Shown here in pieces: positions 13,297-24,330 of a stretch of DNA of 64,000 nt; within the stretch, counting starts at the first letter, position 1; each line of letters begins with the position of its first letter. Location: contig JABANN010000017.1 of NCBI GenBank assembly GCA_013115125.1, positions 1-64,000 on the forward strand, in the 5' to 3' direction. The position numbers and the translations under genes are program-made. Source of the DNA: Perkinsus olseni. Its lineage: Eukaryota. A model generated the notes under the pieces. It did no database searches. It was not told the origin of the DNA and saw nothing but the letters and a program-made list of their open reading frames with translations.

Positions 13297-15658
13297 TCAT
13301 TTCCTCCCTTTCTTATGGCGCTTCTGTTGGTTATGTCGACGTCTGGCGTTCTTAGATTCCCCTCCACCCCCCGAGCTGGCAGTGGTCGATGGCGGCGACA
13401 CTTTCTCCGCCGGAATGCCGATCGAAGAGCTGCTGCTGCTGTTCTTCCTCTCCGGCTGTGCTTTTCTCCTCGGAGAAGTCGACTTGGACCTTCCCATCTC
13501 CTTGCCTACAGTGTCGAGGGCGTCTTCTATAAGATCGTCATCCTGAGACAAGAAATACAGAAAAAAATTACTGACTAAAAAAGTCACAGAAATTCTAGAA
13601 GGAGAACACCGCCTTTCCAGTGATATCAAGAAGAGATCCGTTTTTGAATCGTCCTTACCAAGTCGAAGATATCCGCGGCATCCTCCTTGATGATCGCTTC
13701 GAACCGCTTCAGCCAATCCTTGTGGTCTTCCGTGACATGACGATGGATGCCATTCTCATTGTAGGTCTTCCCTGCAGATCCAGTGGGGCCTGGCAGGAAC
13801 AGTGAAGAAGACTAGGCGGCTCATTGACTAGTGGCTTCAGAGCAGACAGCGGAATTCACGTGTGAGGTCTAGTCCAGTTCATAACGACAAGAACATCGAC
13901 ACGCAAACGCCCTCTTTTTTTGAGTGCATCATCACATCACTGAGAAGAAGTATAGGTTATTCGTCTTCACTACCTCCTCCGCAACAGCGACACACCCCAC
14001 ACTTGAATTTCATCGCTCCGCCTGAAAACAGAAAAATGTTGTGGAACCGCGGCGAGCATGTGTTGCTACCTCTAGTGGTACGATTCGTAACAGGATGGGC
14101 AAAGTGATCTAGGAAGAGAGCTTCCAATAGAGGACCATCATCTTCATCTTCATCCTCGTCCTCATCGTCTTCAACAGTTTCCCAATCTTCATCATCATCG
14201 TCGTCGTCATCGTAACGTCCACGACGATGCAGACCACCCTAACATTACAACAGGTCAATATTCCAGTTTATAAAGTCCATTCTGTAATGATCATAGAAAG
14301 CAGAATCGATTGGCAGGAGCCCCTCATTGGTACCAGGCCTGCCATCTGAGCGGGCGAGAAAGGTCAGGGCCATACAATAGCGACCGCCAGAAAAAAAAGC
14401 CTCCCCTGGGGATGTGATGATGCCTCCACACGACCACGGCGATGGTATTACTCTGAGCAGCTCATCCAGCACCATAGCGGATATGAACTCTTCGGCAGCA
14501 TCCCTTCCTCGGCGAGAACGATGGGCGCCGAAACCACCAAGGAGCTCCTGAATACGACCGAGTCTTGCGAACTCGCAGTGCTCATCATACGATGTAGTAA
14601 GGCAAGCACCAAAAGCGTCAGCAGTAGGACGAGCAGCGGTTGGAAGAAGATACAGAAAATTGTGATTATTCGTAGCGTGTGAGGTTACCACGACTCGGCA
14701 TTAATCTTGAGTATCATCACAACGCCCCGAAGGCACGGATGAAGACCAAAGGCAACCCGACCGTTTTCCTACATCTAGGAAGATGACTTCGTCGTCCTCG
14801 TCGTCGTCATCATCATCTTCGGAGTCCACTTCGTAAAATTGCGGACCACCGAACATTCCACCACCACCACCACCACCAGCGAAGAACATCTACACGACAA
14901 AGATCGACTTCGAGAATGAATCATGAAAGATACTACCCCCGGCCCCATGAAGCCACCGCTCATGGCCGCAGCGAAAAGATTCTGAAGAAGACAAGTCACG
15001 TAGCAACATCACCATCCTTGACTACCATGAAATCGCTCATATTCTGATGCTCGAAAGCCTCCTCCCCTTCTATAGTGCCTTCAAGGTCATATCTACCAAC
15101 ATGAAATTGTCCAATGATCCGCCACTAAAGACAGAGGGCGATGAAGATGGTCGTCTCGTTTACACTACGGACTTGGCAACGAATAAGTGAAGCATGAAAG
15201 CAAGAAATTGGTATGCCATCAGCATCACCTTCTCCTCTTTTGAGAATCTCCGAGGATCTCATAGGCCTTTCCAATTTGCTGGAACCTCTCGGTCGCCTCC
15301 TCGATGATGTCCTGATTCTTGTCCGGATGCCATCTCTGAAGGAAGATGCATGACCCATCACTGATGCTGCTGCCATGGACACTCACCAAAGCCTGCTGCC
15401 GATAGGCTTTCTTAATTTCCACCTCCGACGCAGAACGAGTCAACCCCAAAGCACTGTATCTGAAAGAAGAAGAGCAAATCAAATCGTGAAAGACAAGAAA
15501 GGATATGACGAGCCAATCGCGTTGGCAAGAGCCCGAGAAGCATCACTCCCGAGACGCTGTTCGGAGAGCGACAAAACCCGGAGGGTAGAATATTACAGGC
15601 ATCGAGGGTCTCCCGGTGATGGTGGTGGGGCGTTCGTTGTACCACAGCCGACAGGCAT
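13297..15658 (-). CDS. DnaJ/Hsp40 J-domain protein, multi-exon
   Basis: [62 protein letters not shown] motif present, followed by G/F-rich and acidic segments. Confidence 0.9.
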
Positions 15659-15829
15659 TGGCTCAGCAACAAGGCGGGAGGAGGAGGAATACGACGCCTA
15701 GTCTACAAGGTATGCGCGGCGAGTCCCTAGCGACCACACAAAAAGACGGACGGCGGCCCGAACGTTACATGAACACAACGCTGGAGGTGATGATGATGCG
15801 TTATCGCTTATGATGTTAGCATAGCGTCA

Positions 15830-17533
15830 TTAATTATTCCCAACAGTCACGAGCCTCGCATACTGCAGCCAGCACTTGGACGGCACTCCCTCTCTGTCGC
15901 CCTTATACAGATGCCGGCGGACCAGCCTACACACAACGCGGGACTCCAATGGGGTGGCCCGACAAGGCAGGGTACCGATCCACGGTGATGTTGCGGAGGT
16001 GGAGGAAGTAGGCACCCAGGTCCTCGAGGTCGTCGGAGGAGATCTTGCTGAGGTCCGTCTCTTCCCTTAGGAGAAGTAGGGTACCTTCACCAGGTGGCAT
16101 CAGAACGGCCAACCCCCCGGTCTGTCATGCTACGCTTCCAGTCATTGATAGACTCGCCACCTTTATCGGCATCAATAGAAGCATCTTTGAGGATCCACAA
16201 CAGCTTGTCCTTCGACAGCTTACCCGAGTCGGAGGTGCCACTGCCGTCTGAAGCAGTGGGAGGAAATGAGAACGCACACCAGCAACGGCGATAACTAACA
16301 ACGAGCAACGAAAAGTGTGGTATTAGGGAATACGATCGGAAGACTCTTGAAGGTTGCAAGGAGCTCTCCTTCCTTAAAGACGAGGACCTTCGGAGAATCG
16401 ACATTCATATCTTCGTTCCTCTGACTTGACATAGCTCACACCCACTACTCCAATCACCGCCATACACTATGAGCTGCTAAGCAGGGCAATATGTACCATT
16501 GCCTTCGACCCTGATGATGCTGCTGACACGGGCACGCTGACCAGCCAGTCATTCAAACTCATACGAGGCGTTAACTGTACAGGCAGCCGAAGTGGCCAGC
16601 ACCTGCCATGTCTTTGGCATCGCCCTCGGTGTCGTGATTCTGCATAGCGTCCAGGGTGAGGCAGAGGCATCGATGAATCCAGATCATGAGGTAGGTCATT
16701 ACTCGGTCGCAATTGTCCATCGTGCGGAATCCTGCAAGACAGGAACGGGGCGTCCGAAGAGCTCATCAGAGGCCCACCGGAGCTCACTGTCTCGCAAGTG
16801 GGATCCCCCATCCCCTCCACGGTACGTTCCCAGTGCCAGAATGTCAAGGCGGAAAGCCTTCAAGGCCTCGTCAACAATATCTAGGTAACCTGAGTTCACC
16901 CAGAGTAACCTCAAGATACCCGTCACGCGCCCCGACGAACAACTATATGAACCCGCGTCCAGCAGGTTCCACCACGAGCGAGGATAGGGCTCCTCTTCAC
17001 CACTACGGGCAACGACGGTCGTCACCACGACCACGATGGAAGTACGAGCACCGTCGCGGCCTGTCCCAGCTACCGGGCTCCTGCTGCTTCCAGTCCCCCT
17101 CAACACTGGGCACGCTAGAGTTCCTCGTATTCGACTTGACTGGTAGAATCGGGACGCTACGCGAAGAAGTATGAGAAGTGAGTCGGACGGTCAACACGAC
17201 CCACCCGCACACATAACGACATCTCACTTTCAGTGAGCTGAGCCACTCAGCTTGATGGCTGTGATACAGCATGAGAGAAGGGAGCCTCAGAGCCTGTTGG
17301 GAGCACAAGAGTGCATCACCCGGCTCCCATAGTGAGTCTGCTTCCCACCCACTGTCAGCCCTACACTTCAACGCAAGGCGTTGTAAGTCTTGAATGGGCG
17401 AACAGAACACCCACGGCCAGACGCGACTTGCATGCGGGTCCAAAACTGAGGCCCTACGGCCCATGACTCCGCGACACCCTGCGTGCGTTGCCCTAGCAAA
17501 CAGGGTCCAGTATTCACCTTCAACCTTCGTCAT
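15830..17533 (-). CDS. Hypothetical protein(s), multi-exon
   Basis: Series of protein-like ORF fragments flanked by GT/AG sites (e.g. YLDIVDEALKAFRLDILALGTY, EDLGAYFLHLRNITVDRYP); no family recognised. Confidence 0.4.
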
Positions 17534-17790
17534 GCCTGACGAGATAGGACAACCACTGGCGAGATGCCGACGTGGTCTCTCACGGACAGCGATGCTCTAG
17601 GCACTCATGCAAAGTGCAAGCACAAGAGAGAATTCGCGCGCTGTAACTTTCCAGCACGAGGCACGCATTTTCCGCGGAGATTATGGTGATGGTAGGCGGC
17701 GGCATTGAGAATCCCTCGAGGCTCAGCCAACCTCACTGACGCCTCCAGGACTAAGCACGGGCGTACAGGATAATAAAGTTACGGTTATTA

Positions 17791-19258
17791 ATGCGCGTAT
17801 CGAGCATCAACATCGCCCTCGCCGTTACACTTCAGCAAGCCACAGGAGCCAGCCTACCTAAGAAGGTAAGTCGCCCTACAGGCGCAGGTCACCTCATAAT
17901 TTCCACTCCTCGCCATCCCACCTACTTCTGTGTTTCCAGGCTAGATTATCACCAAACTCTGGTGCTGTGCGGCAAAAAAGCTGTACCCTCACGACAGATG
18001 ACTTCCAGGGAGAACAGGAGCTCATGGGCATATATTCCAGCAGGCGAAACGCCAGCTACTGGCCAGTAAGTGATGTCTAGCCCAACACTGAGGGTATTCC
18101 TAAGTTGATGGTGACGTAAAGAAGGTCGCCCCTCGTTTCGGACCACGCCTCGAGTGCTTTTCATTTTCTGTAGCACTGGGCATCAGTCACTGCCAAATAC
18201 GACGAGGAAAGCGACAGCTACTTCGTCGATCACGTATCAGTTGAAGCAACGTGAGTGGGGATGTGTCGCTAATCATGGGCCCCATGAGATTGAGGACGAT
18301 TTTCCGCCCGCCGGCTTACTGACCGAAGATGGACCCCATTTTCAGGGTGATCCTGCTCCCCCAGCTCCACCTATGCCACGGAATCTTCCACTTTTTGAGT
18401 CCCGGAGAGGTACCGTTCGAAAAAGCGGCAAAATACACGCTGGAGAGTGATTCTGACTGCGAGGAGAGTATCATCAATGGTGCGAAACATATGCTCTTCA
18501 AGATGGTGCAAAACCCTCTGTCCGAACCTCAAGACTGCGTGGCCTGCTACCAAAATCTGTACGCTAAGATGACTAGGAGCCCTAGAATCTTATCGCCGCT
18601 CATTATCTTTCACTTTATCTGGAGACATGACACGAACTCATCTATGCCAACTGAATGGGCTTTTAGGGACTACCCACATTTATGGAATGAGGTGAGCATA
18701 GCAGGGGCATTGAACAATACAAGGAGCGCTAAGCCACCTCCACAGGAAACCCTCGAAGTGCAGCTAGGCATGACCTGGAGCGGAGTGCGCAATCATGCAT
18801 TCTTATCGGAGGTCGTCGTGTCGTATTCCTCGAGAATGCTCTGTCCGTAAGTGCGCTTCGCTAGCAGCGTTGATGCCTGGAGCCACTTTTCTGTCAGGTT
18901 CCTGCTCTCTGAAGAAGGCCTGAGCCTTCTGCGGTCCGCATGGCGAGAAGTGAGTCTTTCAGGTCTAGAGAGGATGCAGAAGAATGCATCAGCCATGATG
19001 GTTGACATTGCCAGAGAGCTTCTGAACAATCATGCCGTGAGAGGCAGAGCTGAGATACCCGGGTGGAACCTCATCACCGACGAGTACGATTCAGTAAACG
19101 TAACGGTCCCTTTTGCTGAGATGCTGATCACCGCCGTCGCCCTCGGCTGGGACCAGGAGCTGCAGCCTTTTCGTCCTAGACGGTCGGTGCGCGATTACAT
19201 GAATCGGGTACTACTGCAGCGTCCGCTGCCCCCTGCGAATACAGCCGGGGCAGCTTGA
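17791..19258 (+). CDS. Hypothetical secreted protein, multi-exon
   Basis: Signal-peptide-like N-terminus MRVSSINIALAVTLQQATGA, followed by a GT donor and long coding-like exons at 18329-18850 and 18851-19258. Confidence 0.55.
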
Positions 19259-20314
19259 GAAGAAAACCAGGTTCAATTCCGTCAGATGGTACTCGTAGTG
19301 ATGTTAAACAACCTGTCTTGTGTTGCAGTGGAACTCTTGGTCGAGTGTCTCACAGATGTCTACCAGATGACGTGCTAAGTGAGACCGTGGGAACTGGCGT
19401 AGCTGACGCTCAGACTGAGCGGCTCAGTTCCGTCCGAGTTGTCATTCACAGCCTGTGATAAACATCTTTGACTCAACAGCACGCTACAGACCCTGTGGGC
19501 GCCTGAGTCTAGTTGCGGGAGGAGACTCCTCCATGCCATGCAAATTAGGAGAATTGCTCGCAGTTGCACGTTTTGGCATGGTCTTCGAGGTCCGGTTGAT
19601 GGGTCTCTTCACTGTGTAGAGATTGTCCCTATACTGCACAATAATTGTCTCCGATTTTAAAATTATGCTGTGTCGTTTATAGCGTGACGCTAGAGCGCAT
19701 TACTCAGATGTTATTGTTCTTTAAGCTCGTGTAAAGCCTACGGCCTTTACTCATAACGAGTGTCTTGGGTTTGGTTCAATTTACTACACTGTCGTCAAGG
19801 ACGACTCGTCATTACGATGGTAGAGGCAGGAACACAGAGCACACCCACCCCCAAATCCCTGGCCACTCGAGTTAGCCCAGTACGTGTCCGCCGCCGAGCC
19901 TCTGTCGTGTTGTAAAAACGGCGCAGTGCAGGTTAGATGGGGATACAGCCTCTAGTGCTCTGAACTTTCTCTCAAAGACTTGGAATCGTGCAAGTGCCTA
20001 AAACTTCGCAATTTCGCCAGTAGGCGGTGCCGAGGCTATCAAGCCAGGGTTGGGAGCATGCCAACGACGGCGAAGATTCGGTTTTTCGATTCGGTTGGTC
20101 GAGAGACTTCTCAGACACTGTAGTATCAGGGTGACTGCGAAATATCTAGAGGAAAGCCATGAATGCTTCGTAGACCACACGTCTCTCGAAGCTACTTGGA
20201 GATGTCGCGTCCATCACAGTTGGGAACGTCATGATAAGTCACCGTTACATTTGGCTGTCTGACGGAACTTGATAGGCTCACTGCCCATGGTGTCTGTGGC
20301 GTGTGTGAGTTTAG

Positions 20315-20363
20315 AGTCCAACTTAGCCGTACCGTCGGCCCGACGGTATGGCTAAGTTGGACT
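20315..20363. repeat. 24-bp-arm inverted repeat with a 1-nt spacer (one G/T mismatch)
   Basis: agtccaacttagccgtaccgtcgg-c-ccgacggtatggctaagttggact. Confidence 0.9.
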
Positions 20364-21579
20364 AGCACCACCGACGTACCTTTCTGACGGGGATTAGTTA
20401 AGCCTGTCAAAATTGCTCTGTTCATCCAAAGCCAAAGAACGTTGCTCTCAGGGCGAGGCCACTGCCCGTGGAGAGATCCATGTTCTCGAAGAAAACGGAG
20501 AGCTACTCTTCGACAAAACGGAGAACTATACCCGGGAATGGACATGTCGACTGTGAAGTGAGCCACCGTTGAGGTCGGGTGATCGTTGATAACGTTGCCA
20601 ACGGCAATACATACGGTAGAGGAGCGAGCTTATATACAGTTAATAAAGGATCTCGTGGAGACAGTTTTTTTGCAAGCAACTCTCGAGCTGCCATGATGTT
20701 CAAGGGTCATTTAGATACCTTCCTCTGTAAAAACCGATTCCAATGGCGCCTCAGAAATAGTCGTGTGGCCCTAGGAACGCAGTTTCCTACGGCGCTAAGA
20801 CCGTACCGTAGGTCTCCTGTCACCACAAGGGTCTTGTCAACACCATTTCGACTTTCGGCACTCAGTGATCTCCACCCCCCTTCGGCAACAGTTACACACA
20901 GTAATACCCAACCAGGTTCAACCGCCACCAACGAGGAAGACGGAACTTCCAGCCAAGCCGACTGCATGGACGCGCTGAGCGCGTCGCAATCGTCGAGGAT
21001 GCAAGAGCGATGTTTTCGAAATACCCCCCACCCACCTGACCCTACTGCATCTCTTCAGCCTCTCCTCCCACCCAGCAAGGAGAAAACTAGTTCGGGCATC
21101 TCATCATGGGACTCCCATGATGGGAGCGAAGGGCGCGGATTGAACTACCGGATGCAGCCCTCGAGGAACGCACGCCCGGTGGGCTGCTTCAAGCGCCGAA
21201 CCATTCCCCTTCCGAAAACTTCACCGCCTAACTATCACGCAACGCTTCACGGCATGATGGACACTACGACTGATGCAAGCATGTGCACAGCGCTGTCCTC
21301 TCTCCACAGGAAGTGCATCGTAGCTGTGATAAGTCAATAACGGCTGGCGCGGGAAGGCCTCTATGAAGCTGATGATGATGCTGGTGCTCATGGCTGCTAC
21401 CACGGGAATCGTGACCGGAGGGTAACGAAGGCGGTCGGAAAGTCGAAATATTCGAAAGAAACTGAGAAGGGAAAATACCGAGCCGCAATCTACCTCTCCA
21501 CTTCCTAGATGAAGCGCCCTTCAGTTCGATATCGCCCAACGTAGCGCAGCAAAGAATTTAATCACAAAATTTGATAACA

Positions 21580-24085
21580 TCAGCGCCAATCCGTCGGCAA
21601 GAAGAAGGAGCGCGACGGGGTCGTGGAGGTATAGAGAGCGACGTCACTTACATTAAGCATACCAGGGAGGTTGCCGAAGGGCGGTGGTAGTTCTGGCGGC
21701 TGTAAAGTCTGCGTGTAAGAGTCGGCGATCTCGTTGGGCACGTAAACGCTTTTGGCCTGCTTCTCTTCTTCACTGCTACTGCTGCTAGAGGGGGAAGATT
21801 CCGAGGACGACTCCGAAACAGTATCATCCGATTCCTGGTCCTCCGATGAACCATCCTTCGAGCTGTTGTTGCTGCTGCCATCGCTACTGGAAGCGGAGGA
21901 ACTGAAAAATGCAATACGAGTGACGCCCAACTGAGTACGTCAGCCCACTCTAAAGAAGCTAACTCCGATCCGGACTGCTCGTCGTCCTCCCTAATGTTAT
22001 CAGTACCGTCATCACCGACTTTATTTCCACCGGAGCCTCCAGGCACGGACTTAGCCTTGGAAGACTTCTTCCTGACAGATGACGAGGATATCACCAATAC
22101 TACTGCTGATGATGCTAATCATCAAGAATAGTACTACGCTTACTACTGTAAGCACACACTACTATTATCACCACCATTACTATCACTCCCACAGTGGGAG
22201 AGGTGTTCATAGCAGTGGAGTAATAGTAATACTGTAGTAATAGTATTACTCGCAGCGGATAGTAGTGGTAATCCCACTGTCNNNNNNNNNNNNNNNNNNN
22301 NNNNNNNNNNNNNNNNNNNNNNNNNNNNNNNNNNNNNNNNNNNNNNNNNNNNNNNNNNNNNNNNNNNNNNNNNNNNNNNNNTGGAGTAATAGTAATACTG
22401 TAGTAATAGTATTACTCGCAGCGGATAGTAGTGGTAATCCCACTGTCTACCACTAACACTACTGATACCCGACCCCCCTCACTACTTCAAAGGATATAAA
22501 CATTTCTATGAGTATCACTGGTTACAACGGACACTGTTCAAAGCACTGCTAGCATTCTCCTCCCATGATGACGGTCCCTTCTACTTTTTCTTTTTCGCTC
22601 TTTCTTTCTTCTTCTTGGCTCTCTCCTTCTCCTTCCTTCTGCGGTTTTCCTTCCGTTTTTCCTCTTTCTCCTCCCTCAACGCCCCGAACCTCCGTTTCCG
22701 ACCAGGGTCAATCGCCGGATGTCGGTGCCTGGGTCGCGGCTTCAACTGCAGAGGGAGGTATCCGAGAGCTTCCTCTGGGCAGGTTGGGACGGCGGGGACC
22801 ACCCGCACATCTGAGAAATAATAGTCCACCCCTGAGTACGACACTGGTCCTGAGACTTTTAAGCGAGAACATTAATGTGGGCTCCTTCGGCGACCACCAC
22901 GCCATCCACCAGTGACCAAACGATGCTCGCTGGTCGGTGGATGCCGATACAGCAGTCTGCAATGACGAATAAAATGCAACATGCAAAAATGAGGCCACTA
23001 GACCGCCACGCCGACTTGAGGCCGGGGTACTTTGAAGTACTGAGCCAGCAGAGTGCCTCGAGTCCTAGCTGCTCGCGATTTTCGGTCCCTACTTCAGACT
23101 CCACAAAGAAAGGTCCTTTGTCAATGGACGAATATCCCGACTTAGTGATCTTCGGACCTTTCGCGTACCATGCGGCATAACAGTCTCAATTGATGATCCG
23201 TCTCTTCGTTACAGATTGCATGCTGCGGAACCGCGGGAAATCTTTCAACTGGCGGCGGAGTGTAATGGCCGTATATCTGCTGCGCTGTGATACTCCGGCG
23301 AAGTTTAAGGCCCAGTTATCCTCCACAGTGAGCGGTATACCCCACAGATCAGCTCTCAAAATTACACTAACAACACGCGGCAGCCGACAGCAGTCGGATC
23401 ACACCCTCTTGCCCAGTTGACCCAACGACCGGGGATATACGATTCGTTGAATTTAAAACTGATTCTTGAAGCGCCCAGCCGAAGTGACTAACGGCATGCC
23501 GGGACTGGCTGTACGGAGGCACATTCCAAGTCCTGTTTCCCACTAGTACTACAACACTCATACTAAGCACAGCGAGGAAGGGTCGAGCGACCGTAGACCC
23601 CCTGCAGTACAAGCAGCCGTTTCGTCTCCTGAGCTGAGGTCTCCGTCGTCACGGGGTCGACTCGGGAGCATCCTGAAGCCGTTCTGCAATGGCTCTATCC
23701 TTTCACGTCTCATTGGAGGCATATCTAAGGTCGACCCGTGCACTTCGCATAATAGGTGACCCTGTAGTACCATAAAGATTCCCGTACATTTGTTTTCTTA
23801 TCATCCTGTCCTCCTTCCTCAGCTGTTCAGCTGTGGCTGGCTCCTGACTGTCCAGGAAGAGGTCAACCTCAGGCAGGCTGGGCTTGGGAGGCTTCCGTGG
23901 TGCCGCTACAACGTTGGCAATCGGCAGCCCCTTGCCGCCACGCCACGGAGGCCCCCTAAGAAGCAAGCTTCGACCTAAGATACGCCACTCGCGTACCCCT
24001 TCTTAGCTAGAGGTACACCGCCGCCCTTTCCCTTGCCGACCCCCTTCCCTCCTTTACCCCCGCGTCCTTTACCAACAGCATTCAT
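21580..24085 (-). CDS. Hypothetical protein with a G/K-rich N-terminus and K/E- and S-rich low-complexity regions; spans an assembly gap
   Basis: MNAVGKGRGGKGGKGVGKGKGG.. splices to LLRGPPWRGGKG..; later segments are EEKEEKRKENRRRKEKERAKKKK and SSSASSSDGSS..PTDWR*. Confidence 0.45.
22282..22381. other. 100-N assembly gap flanked by an identical 66-nt duplication
   Basis: 22216-22281 is identical to 22382-22447. Confidence 0.95.
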
Positions 24086-24330
24086 GTTGATAACCTGTGA
24101 TCTTATCATACGCAATTCAAATCTCGCTACGCCATGCTGATCGATATCACTCGCTTATCAAATCTTGCGTTGTATATATTCTTATCATCCACGATCGGGA
24201 GCCCTTACCGCCGTGTGGCTTGATAGGACCTCTTCAGCGTCTGCGTGTGGTGGGGAGCCTTCTTAGCATAACCTAGGAGTCGCGTTATCGTTAATACCTC
24301 TACTCAGCAGTTGGCAGTCTTGATCTGAGT

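Noticed and set aside
22216-22447. 66-nt direct repeat as a target-site duplication or LTR
   Set aside because: It flanks an exact 100-N gap, which is typical of unmerged overlapping contig ends.
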